Shown here: positions 39,356-52,312 of the stretch, in pieces
Numbering within the stretch: the first letter of the stretch is position 1
Layout: each line of letters begins with the position of its first letter
Origin: Octopus sinensis
Taxonomy: Eukaryota
DNA length: 64,000 nucleotides
Assembly (NCBI RefSeq): GCF_006345805.1
Contig: NC_043000.1
Location: forward strand, 105,338,001 to 105,402,000
Reading direction: 5' to 3'
Notes under the pieces: generated by a model
The model's input: the letters and a program-made list of their open reading frames with translations, nothing else
Told to the model about the DNA's origin: nothing
Database searches by the model: none
Program-made: the position numbers and the translations under genes

Positions 39356-39623
39356 GTCATCATCATCAACCTTATTATAATTGGATTAGCGAATCGTTAG
39401 AACATTGGACAAACTGCCTTATGTGATGTTTTTATATGACTGTTTATTGTTCTGGATTCAAATCCCGCCGAAGGTCAATAAAATAAACTACAAATTTTAG
39501 TACTGAGGACGATGGTTCCCTCAAAGCTGTAAGCCTTGTGCCATTACAACTACTACTACTACTACTACTAGTATGGGTGGTTGTTGAAAAAAGATCAACA
39601 AAAACAACTACAAATATTATGAC

Positions 39624-39750
39624 TGCGAGCTGGCAGAATCGTTAGCATGCCGGCCAAAATGTTTCGTCCGTCTCAGCATTCAGAGTTCAAATACCACCGA
39701 GGTGGACTTTGCCTTCCATCACTTTCGGGTTTGATAAAATACCAAAATTT
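39624..39750 (+). mobile_element. SINE family A, 3'-truncated
   Basis: GCGAGCTGGCAGAATCGTTAGCATGCCGG..GAGTTCAAATACCACCGAGGTGGACTTTGCC. Confidence 0.75.
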
Positions 39751-40063
39751 GAAATCTATATTATTACTACTGCTGCTGCTACTCCTGCTACTGTTAAAAC
39801 TTAAGCAACCGCTGCTATTATATCACAAGCCGAAGCGAGTACCTCTACATAGTGTCAACATGCAAGGAATAGCAGCCAGCTCTCCCTCAAATTACACTCC
39901 GACTTACAAAAGGTAAAAGGCATATATGAGGTTATGTAATAATCGCTGTCTCACTCAACCTTCAAAATATAAATAACGGGATGGTCATGGCTAGAATGTC
40001 TTTGTATTACATATCTGCTTGATTAGCGTTGACCTGGGGGCTAATCAAAGAACATCAACAGCA

Positions 40064-40449
40064 GGAGACGCAATGGCCCAGTGGTTAGGGTAGCGGACTC
40101 GCGGTCGGAGGATCGCGGTTTCGATTCCCAGGCCGGGCGTTGTGTGTGTTTATTGAGCGAAAACACCTAAAGCTCCATGAGGCTCCGGCAGGGTGGGGTG
40201 GCGACCCCTGTTGTACTCTTTCGCTCCAACTTTCTCCCACTCTTTCTTCCTGTTTCTTATCCCCGATTTCCTACGCAACCGCTGAGCCTGGATGCGCATT
40301 CATCCATCCGTCCATGCTCTCGGTGTCGGGGGTTGACCTGCTTTCTCTTCTGCGGGTCTTACGAATAACAAAGGACCACGTTTCGGACTTCTCCCACTAC
40401 ACTCTGTGGCGAAGACCGCTTCGCCCAACAAACAAACAAACAAACAAAC
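40064..40449 (+). mobile_element. tRNA(Arg)-like SINE family C with (CAAA)n tail
   Basis: A box TGGCCCAGTGG, B-box-like GGTTTCGATTCC. The same head occurs at 1412. tRNA-Arg-derived SINEs (OR1/OR2) are described in Octopus, but family assignment was not verified. Confidence 0.75.
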
Positions 40450-40789
40450 ATCAACAGCAATAGCAACAACATTATCATTAATGTTCGTGTTAAACAGCAC
40501 CAACATCATCAACATCAGTATCATCATCTTCAGCAATCGCAAAAGTAACAATACCGCCAACAACTTCAACAACTACGACAACAGCATCAAGAACAGCATC
40601 AATGTCAATAATACGAACAATAATACCAACATCTGTGAAGGTAAGTCGCTGAGTAGTGGGTGTGTTCGGCTGACGATTATAAGGTCGTGTGTTCGATTCC
40701 CGGTAGCGCGTTGTGTCTTTGAACAAGCCACTTTATTTTATGTTGCTCCAGTGTACTCACCTAGCAAACATTAGTTGTACATGTATTTC

Positions 40790-40987
40790 GAATGGCCAGC
40801 CGTATTTCGTCTGTCGTTACGTTCTGAGTTCAAATTCCGCCGAGGTCGACTTTGCCTTTCATCCTTTCGGGGTCGATTAAATAAGTACCAGTTACGCACT
40901 GGGGTCGATATAACCGACTTAATCTGTTTGTCTGTCCTTGTTTGTCCCCTCTGTATGTAGCCCCTTGTGGGCAGTAAAGAAATAAGA
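40790..40987 (+). mobile_element. SINE family A, 5'-truncated
   Basis: GTATTTCGTCTGTCGTTACGTTCTGAGTTCAAATTCCGCCGAGG..CCCCTTGTGGGCAGTAAAGAAATA. Confidence 0.8.
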
Positions 40988-41159
40988 TAGTGTGTCGCGC
41001 TCAATCTCCTTGTTATGAGTAAGTGTGTTTTTGAAGTGCTCAACCACATGGACGCTAATTTCACCAGCAGGCTGTTCCGTTGATCGGTTCAATTGGAACA
41101 CTCGTCGTCGTAACCAACGGAGTGCCACTTAATACTAACATAAAAAATAAACAGTGACA

Positions 41160-41445
41160 TGAGGGTTCCAGATGATCTGATCAACCGAATGGCCTGCTTG
41201 TGAAATTAACGCGCAGATTGCTGAGCATTCCACAGACACATGTACCCTTAACATAGCTCTTTGGGATATTCAGCAAGATACAAGGCTGGCCCTTTGAATT
41301 ACAGGTACAATTCACTTTTGTCAGTTAATTTGACTGAAGTAACGTGAAATAAAGTGTCTTGCTCAAGGACACAACGCGTCGCTGGGAATTGAACTTACGA
41401 CCTTACGCTAGTAAGCCGAATACCCTAACCACTAAGCTACGTGCC
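41160..41445 (-). mobile_element. tRNA-derived SINE family D
   Basis: Minus strand head TAGCTTAGTGGTTAGGGTATTCGGC..AGTTCAATTCCCAG followed by GTTGTGTCCTTGAGCAAGACACTTTA. Related pieces at 33725-33960 (-), 40640-40770 (+) and 3880-4000 (+). Confidence 0.7.
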
Positions 41446-41449
41446 TTCG

Positions 41450-41895
41450 TACAGTAATATCAACACAATCATTAACAACAACATTAACAAGAAGATCGAT
41501 AACGATAATATCAGCAACAACATTACCAAGAACATCAACAACATTAATGAAAACAAAAACGATACCAACATCAACCGTATGAACAACAATACCGCCATCA
41601 ACAATAAAAAAAATAGCAACAGCAAGGCCAACTTTAACAACAACATCACCACAACCATCAACAACAATAACGTTAGCAACAAGATCCTCGACAATAACAT
41701 CAATAGCAACATCGACAAGATCATCATCAACAACAACGCTGGGGAAACAAAGTCAACAAAAAACAAAAGGCCAACCAACATCAACATCAAAAACATTACC
41801 AGCATCGGCAACAACAACAACAACAACAACAACAAACAACAATATGAACCATAACAAACCACGTCAACAACATCAACATCATCAACATCAACATC

Positions 41896-41926
<31 letters not shown>

Positions 41927-42265
41927 GCAATAACAATCAAAATGCTGTCCTTCTACAAAGTCAATGATTCTATCGACATTACATCTGAACTTTAAACATC
42001 TTCTCATTGTCAGCTTGATTTGATTTTATTGTTATTTCGGCTGAATAATCTTCCATCTTTTAACTTATTTCTTCCTTGTCGTTGTTATTATTATTATCAT
42101 TATTATTATTATTATTATTATCATCATTATTATTATTATTATCATTATATTATTATTATTATTATTATATTAATTATTATTATTATTATCATATTATTAT
42201 TATTATTATTATCATTATATTGTTGTTATTATTATTATTATTATTAGATTATTATCATATTATTA

Positions 42266-42300
<35 letters not shown>

Positions 42301-42365
42301 GTATCATTATTATTATTATTATTATTATCATCATTATTATTATTATTATCATTATATTATTATTA

Positions 42366-42411
<46 letters not shown>

Positions 42412-42433
42412 CATTATTATTATTATTATTATT

Positions 42434-42483
<50 letters not shown>

Positions 42484-42764
42484 TATTATCATTATTATTA
42501 TCGTCATCATTAACAATGTTATTTTTTTGTTATTTTTTTCAGGTTGCTGTTGTTTTCCTTTTGTCCTTGTTGATTTTTCTTCATGTTCTTGTGATGATTG
42601 TAATTCTTGAAACTGTTGTTGCTCTTCTTATTGTCGTTGTTATAGATTTTATTTTTATTCTCAATATTATTCTTATTGCCGTTTCTGTTCCAGTTCTTGT
42701 TATGGTTATGGTTACCTTACACTTGTCGTTGTTGATATTGTTGTTGATTTGGTTACCGTTGTTG

Positions 42765-42804
<40 letters not shown>

Positions 42805-43819
42805 GATGGTGGTGCTGGTGGTTTTTGGTTATTGGCTATGATTTTCAGTAATCAGTGTAATTTCTATTTAGATTCTGTGTATCTTACCAAGACATCCCTA
42901 AGTAGTTGCACTTGCAGCTCACCACCTTAACATCGCAACATCACATCCACTACACGCGCACACACAGTCACACACACATACACACACTGTTACACGCCAC
43001 CACATCACCAAATACCTCACACTAACACCATCACCGCCAAAGAATCACAATACCGCCACACTCACGCTACACCAACCCATCACAAAACCAAATACTAACT
43101 ACTACATGTCCATATCACCACCATGTAACTACAATACCGTGACACACCCATCGATCCAGCGTCCCGCTTCACACTACACTGCCACCACACCACCATGATT
43201 GTAACACACTGCCTACCATACCTTCACCCCACCGCCACATTTCCACTACATTCCCATACCTCCACCAAACTGCCAGACTTCCACTACACCGCCATACCTT
43301 CACCATATCTCCACCATACAGTCGTACCTCCATTACTGTACCGCCACCACACCGCCATTCCTCCATATCTCCACTACTCTACCTACTATACTCTCCATAC
43401 TACCCGCATTACCTCCACCACACCCCCATATCCCAGCACACTCACATACCTCCACTAGACCGCCATACCTCCACCAAACTGCCAAACCTTCATCATACCA
43501 CCACTACGCCACTCTACCGCCATACCTCCACAACACCCCCATACTTCCACCGCACCTACATATTTCCTCCACACCTACGTACCTCCAGCACACTCCCCAC
43601 ACTCCCACCATACCCCCATACTCCATTACACTCACATACCTCCATCACACCCTCATACCTACACAACACCGCCAAACTTCCATAATGCTTCCACTATACA
43701 GCCATACCACCACACCCCCACAACACCTCCCATACTTCCATCACACCTACATACCCCCACCACACCCCTATACCCCAGTACATTCGCGTATTTCCATCAC
43801 ACCTCCATACCTCCACTAC
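41450..43819. repeat. (AAC)n, (ATT)n, (CAT)n, (GTT)n and degenerate C/A-rich low-complexity tracts
   Basis: Direct reading. Confidence 0.9.
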
Positions 43820-43919
43820 NNNNNNNNNNNNNNNNNNNNNNNNNNNNNNNNNNNNNNNNNNNNNNNNNNNNNNNNNNNNNNNNNNNNNNNNNNNNNNNNN
43901 NNNNNNNNNNNNNNNNNNN
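43820..43919. other. Assembly gap (100 N)
   Basis: Run of N. Confidence 1.
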
Positions 43920-44264
43920 ATTTATATACCTTCTCTGCAACACAGTGCATACAAATATATCCTACCAAAATTATTCCGAGAATTGTATGCTACAGTTAAT
44001 GCATTGAAATCTGTTTGTCTATATATGTGCGGGTTTGTGTGCGAGTGTGTATGTTTTACAGAGAGAGAAAAGAAGGAAAAAGTCAGAAAGAAACAGACTA
44101 TCTTTTATGCACTCAAGCTTTGCAGATCTACACGATTACATGAAACGGATAAAAAAACCTTGGAAATGAAAAGACCTTCTTTGTATTAATTCCAGACGTA
44201 TCTCGGTATATGATGTCTATCATGCCAGGGTATGCGGTACGATGACCTGGCATAGTTCGGCGTT

Positions 44265-44309
<45 letters not shown>

Positions 44310-44447
44310 ATATGCGTATATATACATACATATATAATGCTTATATTATGTTATAAACAGTATACATACGTATAAACAGATATACATACATGTATATATA
44401 TATATATATATGTGTGTATGTATATAATATATATGTGTATATATATG

Positions 44448-44496
<49 letters not shown>

Positions 44497-45031
44497 TATT
44501 TTCATACAAGCTTAAAGTTTATGACGATCACCGTGAAATAAAGGGACATAAAAGGGACTCGATCCCACATCCCTTTCTTATCGCGTCTAAGTGTGTTACC
44601 TTTACACCAGCGAATTAGCTTCCCCGTTTCTGTCAAATTTAAGAAGTATATTAGTTCGTATTTGTTTTTATGTAAACAAGCTTTCTATATACTTTCGCTG
44701 CGAAAGGGTTTTTTATACCGTGCCGTGTTTTACAATCCTGTAAATAATAATAATGGTATTTTTATATAAGCTTAAAGCTTATGGCGATCACCGCGCAATG
44801 ACTAAGGAAAATAGTTTAATAAAGGGGCATATAAGCTCTCCACAGAAAAAAGAAGGGTTTCCTATCCGCGTGGGACTCGAACCCACATCTTTTTTTAACG
44901 CGACTAAGTGTGGTGCCTTTACACCAGGGAATTAGCCTCTCCGAATCAGTGTTGGATTTTCTTCAGGAATTCTTTTGTGTCCGTTGAGTTTATATAAAAA
45001 GATGAGAGACAAAAATAGAGGAGAGAGAGTA

Positions 45032-45075
<44 letters not shown>

Positions 45076-46503
45076 ATCCGATCGTGTCCGTTCGCCAGCC
45101 TCATCTAGCACCTGTGTCGGTGGCACATAAAAACCCATCCGAAGACCCCGCAAGACTAGTCAGGCCATAACCCATGGCCCCTACCTGGGACGTAGTCAGT
45201 CCACCTATGCCTACCTTCCTTTTGTGACACTTGTGAAGACCTGTTGAGGCAAGTGAAAATCAAAATCAAAACAAATCAAAATAGATGAACATCAATGGAA
45301 TCTGTATCTTTGTGGTACCAGTGCCGGTGGCACACAAGAGAACCATCCGAACGTGGCCGTAGCCAGTTCCGCATCGACCGGCCTCCGTTGCTGTGGGCAC
45401 GTAACAAACACCATCCGATCAATGGCCGTTTCGCCAGCCTCATCTGGCACCTGTGTCGGTGGCAATAAAACACCTTCCGAAGACCCGGCAAGACTAGTCA
45501 GTCCCCTGTGCATACCTTCCTTCTTGTGACACTTGTGAAGACCGGTTGAGGCAAGTGAAAATCAAATCAAATCAAAATAGACAAAATAGATGAACATCAA
45601 TGGAATTTGTATCGTGTGGTACCAGTGCTGTGGCACACAAGAAATCCATCAGTGCTGTAGTCAGGTGGGTGGCACATGACAAACACCATCCGATCGTGGC
45701 CGTTCGCCAGCCTTCATCTAGCACCTGTGTCGGTGGCACATAAAAACACCATCCGAAGACCCGCAAGACTAGTCAGGCCATGAACCCATGGCCCCTACCT
45801 GGGACGTAGTCAGTCCACCTGTGCATACCTTCCTTCTTGTGACACTTGTGAAGACCTGTTGAGGCAAGTGAAAATCAAAACAATCAAAATAGATGAACAT
45901 CAATGGAATTTGTATCTTTGTGGTACCAGTGCCGGTGGCACGTGGCACATAAGAAAACCATCCGAACGTGCCGTAGCCAGTACCCCGCATCGACTGGCCT
46001 CGGGCTGTGGGCACTAACAAGCACCATCCGATCGTGGCCGTTTGCCAGCCTCATCTGGCACCTGTGTCGGTGGCACATAAAAACACCATCCGAGCGTGGC
46101 CGTCTGCCAGCCTCGTCTGGCACACTGTGTCGGTGGCACATAAAAACACCATCCGAGCGTGGCCGTCTGCCAGCCTCGTCTGCACCTGTGTCGGTGGCAC
46201 ATAAAAAAAAACCATCCGAGCGTGGCCGTCTGCCAGCCTCGTCTGGCACCTGTGTCGGTGGCACATAAAAACACCATCCGAGCGTGGCCGTTTGCCAGCC
46301 GTCTGGCACCTGTGTCGGTGGCACATAAAATCACCCACTACACTCTCGGAGTGGTTGGCGTTAGGAAGGGCATCCAGCTGTAGAAACACTGCCAGACCTG
46401 ACTGGACTGGTGCAGCTTTCGGGCTCCCCAGACCCCAGTTGAACCGTCAAACCCATGCTAGCATGGAAAGCGGACGTTAAATGATGATGATGATGATGAT
46501 GAT
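45076..46503 (+). mobile_element. Composite retroposon: ~305-bp units containing 62-bp subrepeats, ending in a LINE-type 3' tail with (GAT)n
   Basis: The GTGAAAATCAAA..ATAGATGAACATCAATGGAAT landmark recurs near 45253, 45556 and 45868. 62-63-bp repeats start at 46023, 46085, 46148, 46211 and 46273. The tail is GGCGTTAGGAAGGGCATCCAGCTGTAGAAA..CCCATGCTAGCATGGAAAGCGGACGTTAAA(TGA)n. Confidence 0.75.
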
Positions 46504-46549
46504 ATATATATATAGGATGAGAAACAGAAAAAGAAATTCACGAGATTAG

Positions 46550-46724
46550 GAGTGGGAGTGGCTGTGTGGTAAGTAGCTTGCTTACGAACCACATGGTTCC
46601 GGGTTCAGTCCCACTGCGTGGCACCTTCGGTAAGTGTCTTCTACTATTGCCTCGGGCCGACCAAAGTCTTGTGAGTGGATTTGTTAGACGGAAACTGAAA
46701 GAAGCCCGTCGTATATATATGTAT

Positions 46725-46795
<71 letters not shown>

Positions 46796-47028
46796 TGTGT
46801 GCGGTTTGTCTGTGTTTGTCCCCAACATCGCTTGACAACCGATGCTCGTGGTGTTTATGTCCCCGTAACTTAGCGGTTCGGCAAAAAAAGAGACCGATAA
46901 AATAAGTACTAGGCTTACAAAGAATAAGTCCTGGGGTCGATTTGATCGACTAAAGGCGGTGCTCCAGCATGGCCACAGTCACATGACTGAAACAAGTAAA
47001 AGAGTAAAAAGAGAGTAAAGAGAGAGAG
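46550..47028 (+). mobile_element. tRNA-derived SINE family B with internal (TA)n, full copy
   Basis: Head GTGGCTGTGTGGTAAGTAGCTTGC..GGTTCCGGGTTCAGTCCC, body GAAACTGAAAGAAGCCCGTCG, tail CATGACTGAAACAAGTAAAAGAG. Confidence 0.85.
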
Positions 47029-47075
47029 ATTCCTTTGTTCAAAATCAATTGTCCTGCATTATAGGTGCAGATACG

Positions 47076-47248
47076 TCTCTTCGGGTGACTTTTCAAATAA
47101 GTACCTCGTTTTTACTTGCCGTTTCGCCTATTTCTATAACACATTTTTTAGCTAGTGTAGGATTCCGTCCGTCTCCATAATGAGCTAAGATAAAATAAGC
47201 GAAGCAAATAAGAAACGAGGTACTTATTTGAAAAGTTACCTGAAGAGA
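47076..47248. repeat. 36-bp inverted repeat (small MITE or hairpin)
   Basis: TCTCTTCGGGTGACTTTTCAAATAAGTACCTCGTTT versus AAACGAGGTACTTATTTGAAAAGTTACCTGAAGAGA, with 2 mismatches. Confidence 0.85.
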
Positions 47249-47904
47249 TGCACGTGGAATGCATGACACCTGTGATGTACGAGCGCTTGTAGTCGTTTTG
47301 AATAAAGTGTCCCGTAATAACAAGGACAAACCCAAGAGTACTAGCCTTAAGAAATAAGTCCTGAGGTCGATTTGTTCGACTAAAACCCTTCAAGGCGTAG
47401 TCAGATGACTGAAACAAGTAAAAGAATATATATGCGGGGCTTATAGCAGCAGACACATGCCCAAGATGCTATATAGAGAAATTGAACCCGAAATCATATG
47501 ATTGCAAAGCAAGTTTCTTAACCACACAGCCAAACACGAGGTGCCATATAATTTAGTTTTACCAAAATGCTTATTAATAAGCTTTATATGACATGATATT
47601 GCAAGGAGATTTTGTTTTTCAGAGTCTACGTATTACCTAAAAACCTGTACCGTGTCGCTGTTAACAGTGTGTCATATATTTCACTCAGATGAGGCAGCTG
47701 AAGCTGCAATCTCAACAGAAATCCTCTTTTCAACCTTAATTAAGAAAACAAATGCTTCTCCCACGTGACAACTAGCACAACGAACCATTAGAAAATCTGA
47801 AAACCTCTTCAACGTCCAGTTGGTTATGTAAACTTTCCAATTGTATGACGTAAGCGAAGCGTGACGTCATAGCGGCTGTGTATGGGTGGTAATGTTATCA
47901 CTCT

Positions 47905-47915
47905 AAATGATGGCA

Positions 47916-47984
<69 letters not shown>

Positions 47985-48026
47985 GTGATGATGATGATGA
48001 TGATGATGATGGTGGTGGCGGTGATG

Positions 48027-48057
<31 letters not shown>

Positions 48058-48872
48058 AGATGATGATGGTGATGATGATGATGACGGCGACGACTACGAT
48101 GGCAATGATGATGATTGATGATGATGATGATGATGATGATGATAAGGAAGTGGTGGTAGTGGTGGTCTTGGTGGTGACGGCAACGGCAGCGAGGGCAGCG
48201 AAGGCGAAGGCGGCGGCAGCGGCAGCGAAGGCGGCGGCGGCGGCGAAGGTGGTGGTGAGGAGGGGGAGGAGTCAGAAGAGGAGGAGGAGGAGGAGGAGGA
48301 GGAGAAGGAAGAAGAAGAAGAAGAAGAAGAAGAAGAAGAGGGGAGGAGGACTTGGGGGACGGGGATTATACCATGCATTGAAACCCATTACTGACACTTC
48401 GCTGATTCGCTGAATGTATGATACTTTATTCTCTACACTGCTTCAATCCAGTTTATCTGATCTGTCAGGGATGGGTACCAAAATTATCCGGGATTATTTG
48501 CAGTAAAGTGAACTGGTATTGTATCCATTTATTCCAGCAACCGCTTTTAGCAATAAAACCGGTTTTTAAGAAGGTATGCATCATCATCATCATCATCTCA
48601 TCATCATCATCATCATCATCATCATCAACATCATCATCATCATCACCGACCACCACCACCACCACCACTATCATCATCATCATCGTCATCATCATTATTA
48701 TCACTACCAACACCATCATCATCATCACCATCATCACCACCACCACTACCACCACCATCATCATCATCATCATCATCATCATTATCACTACCAACACCAT
48801 CATCATCATCACCATCATCACCACCACCACTACCACCACCATCATCATCATCATCATCATCATCATCATTGA
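47905..48872. repeat. (GAT)n, (GAG/GAA)n and (CAT/CAC)n fields
   Basis: Direct reading. Confidence 0.9.
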
Positions 48873-49120
48873 CAGCATCTGAAGATTTTACTTTAATAAA
48901 TTTCTCCGTGAAGCTACTTAAGCTCAAATTTTCATCCAATGATCCATTTTCGCGTGGCGTACGTGACAGTTAGGGAGATAAATTATGGAATATCGTTGCC
49001 GTAAACCTTGGACATTTAAAAGAAATGGATTGATTCGTTTTTCGCAATAAAGTTTTAACTATTCAGGCAAGATTTAAACACATTTTTGTTTTACCTGGAA
49101 TGTCTGTTGAATTTTCTTTA

Positions 49121-49610
49121 GGCAGGTATGGCTGTGTGGTAAGAAGTTTCCTTCCCAACCACGTAGTTCCGAGTTCATTCCTACGACGTGGAACCTTGGG
49201 CAAGTGTCTTTTATTATAGCCTAGAACCAACCAAAGCCTTGTGAGTGGATTATTTGGTAGACAGAAACTGAAAGAAGCCCGTTGTGTGTGTGTGTGTGTA
49301 TGTGTGTGTGTGTGCGTGTGCGCGTGTGTGTGTGCATGTGCGCGTGTGTGCGTGTGCGCGTGTGTGCGTGTGCGCGTGTGTGCGTGTGCGCGTGTGTGCG
49401 TGTTTGTCTCCCACCACCACTTTATAACCGGTGTTGATGTGTTTACGTCCCCATAAATTAGCAGTTCGGCAAAAGAGATCGATAGAATAGGTACCAGGCT
49501 TAACAAAAAATTCAGTACTTGGTTCTATTCATTCGACTAAAAATACTTCGAAGGGTTGCTCCAGCTTGGCCGCAGCCTAATGGCTAAAACAAGTAAAACG
49601 TAAAAAAAAA
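49121..49610 (+). mobile_element. SINE family B with internal (GT/GC)n
   Basis: Same head, body and tail landmarks as 46550-47028. Confidence 0.8.
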
Positions 49611-50698
49611 ATAAGATCTAAAAATTGTGACATTTTTTTGCTTTTAAAAATTAACTGCTAATTCTTCTGAGTTTCTTCAGAGAACCATAAAAAGCCTCAT
49701 TGCGCTTATTTACGGTGGACCTTGAGATGGAAAAAAATGTTAAATGAATTCGCCGTGATCACAGTTAACATTTATCTAATGTGACGTACGTGACAAAACT
49801 GGGCATGACGTAAGTGACAAAAGTAAAGATAACACTTTAGAGCTAGAAGAAATAATTCCAATAAGGATATCTAATCGAAAACGAACCATTTCAAAATATC
49901 ATTGTGGGTTTTTAGTACTGTTTATTTATTTATATATTTATTTATTTATTTTCCTGCACATTCTAAACAATTTTTGAAAATTTGTGCTTGGTTTAACTTT
50001 CATGAGAATGGCCTAAGTACCGATTCACTTTTGAAGGTCACTCTTTATCTTTATACAGATAGAAATCTTATCATACTGATATTTCAATAATCAATTTAAA
50101 GCCAGCAACAGTTACTTCCCCTACATTGTAAAAAAATTCTTTGTTTCTGTTCCCGTATGGTTTTCCTTTTTTTTTTTTCTTTCTTTTATCACTTGGAAAT
50201 TCGTTTTAATTGATATCCAGATTTTAGATTGATATGTTACATAAGGAGTATGATTTCAATAGTTGGCGGGCTCGAAAAATTTGATTAGGATATGTTCATG
50301 CCCTCTTAATGCGTATAACTGATTGAAAGAATCTTAAAACCGAGAATCGGTTCATCAGAAGTTGATCGCTACTTTACTTCAGTAATTTAGACTAGGACAT
50401 TACCGGGAACCCCTTTCCTTCCTGCTTTTTTTTTTTGTTGTTTTTCTTTTTAAGGCCAGTTGTATAGAGGTAGATAACTCTGTCAAATATGAATAGATAA
50501 ACTATTCTTGCATGAATATGCTGGTTTTCACTCCTTGCTGATACATACATACATACATACATACATACATACATACATACATACATACATACATGCACAC
50601 ATATATACATGCATGCATATATGCATAAATACATACATACATACATACATACATACATACATACATACATACATACATACATACATACATACGTGATC

Positions 50699-50763
<65 letters not shown>

Positions 50764-51825
50764 TTGTGTGTGTGTGTGTGTGTAGTTCGTTCGACGTTCT
50801 AGCAATTCCACCAGTCCACTATTTTTGGCTGATACAATTTATCGGCCCCAAAACGATGAACAGTAAAGTTGATCCTGACGCAATTCTATCTCAAAGCACT
50901 GAGAGCCGAAACAGATACCGCCAAGTACATCTTCTGACACTCTAACAATTCTACAAACCCATCACAATGAACTGGTACTTTAGCAGCGATAGTAATGTAA
51001 AATTAACGGATGATTTTTTAATTTGCTGTGCCGGGGTCAACACCTTCAAAAGACGTATCTTACAGAGAGAATTAGATGTTCAAGCTGTCCCTCCATCCTT
51101 GAGATATCCTCGAAATACATTTTATAGACACGAAGTCTTCAGTTATGATCCAACGGGTCAATGAGTTATGGGATTCACCACCATCTCTACTGAATGTCAC
51201 TGATGTTTGTATGTTCTTGAGAAACACAAATTGAGTCTGCTTTTTCCATTCTTAATGAATATTTAGTTCTTCATTATGTTTAAATTCATTTACAGTGGAA
51301 TGCTATAATTGATGAAATTAAGTTAGCTTGTGTGAAAATCGGTTTGGTAGGATTTGGGTTAGTTGACACTCCGAGATTTGAACTTTGGATATAATTAGTT
51401 CAATAATCTGAAATCCAGACCAGCAACACATAACCTTACTTTCAAAGTAGACATTAATGTCTATTAACTAGTTACAGAAACTCCAACAACTTAAATAGGG
51501 CGGTAACCGGATTTAGTATCATCCATGCATTTCCTGAGATATTAACAACGCAAGCAGAGAGGCGAACTGGCAGAGAAAATGGACAAAATGTTTATCGGCA
51601 TTTCTTCCGGCTTTACGTTCTAAGCTCAATTTCACCGATTTCGACTTGCCTTTGATCGTTATGGGGTCGAAAAAATTAATGTGAGTTAAGTACTGGGTCC
51701 ATAAAATCAACTAGCCCCGTCCCCCAAAATTTCAAGCTTTTTGCCAATAGTAGTAAAGATGTTGAGTAAAACAAAGCGGGGTTAACTGAGAATTAATTTC
51801 GGTCTGAATTCAACAGACAATTTTA

Positions 51826-52312
51826 TTCTCTTTACTCTCTTTTCTCTTTTACTTGTTTCAGTCATGTGACTGTAGCCATGCTGGGACACCGCCTTTAGTC
51901 GAGCAAATCGACCCCAGGACTTATTCTTTGTGAGCCTAGTACTTATTCTATCGGTCTTTTTTGCCGAACCGCTAAGTTACGGGGACATAAACACACCAGC
52001 ATCGGTTGTCAAGCGATGTTGGGGGGACAAACACAGACACACAAACATATACACACACATACACACATATATACATATAACCCGAAAATATGCGTTTCGT
52101 AAGTAAACTACTTAGCACACAGCCATTCCTGAGCCTATATTCATATATACGACGGGCTTCTTTCAGTTTCCATCTACCAAATCCACTCACAAGGCTTTGG
52201 TCGGCCCGAAGCTATAGTAGAAGACACTTGCTCAAGGTGCCATGCAGTGTGACTGAACCCGGAACCATGTGGTTCGTAAGCAAGCTACTTACCACACAGC
52301 CACTCCTACGCC
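51826..52312 (-). mobile_element. SINE family B with an extra head fragment at ~52088-52135
   Basis: Reverse complement of the family-B consensus. A second partial GGCTGTGTGCTAAGTAG head lies inside the internal microsatellite. Confidence 0.8.

Noticed and set aside
40064-40140. tRNA gene (also SINE heads at 1412, 46550, 53406 and the module at 44861)
   Set aside because: Only A/B-box-like motifs are present. There is no complete cloverleaf or acceptor stem, and each continues into a SINE body or repeat.
43685-43999. ORF 43685-43999
   Set aside because: It spans the 100-N gap and low-complexity sequence.
46023-46330. CRISPR-like array of 62-63-bp repeats
   Set aside because: The repeats are contiguous with no unique spacers, there are no cas genes, and the context is a eukaryotic retroposon.
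47846-47869. CRE-like sites TGACGTAA and TGACGTCA as a promoter
   Set aside because: Short motifs with no linked gene. Similar words recur at ~49780-49815 and ~53010-53040 in repeat-like context.
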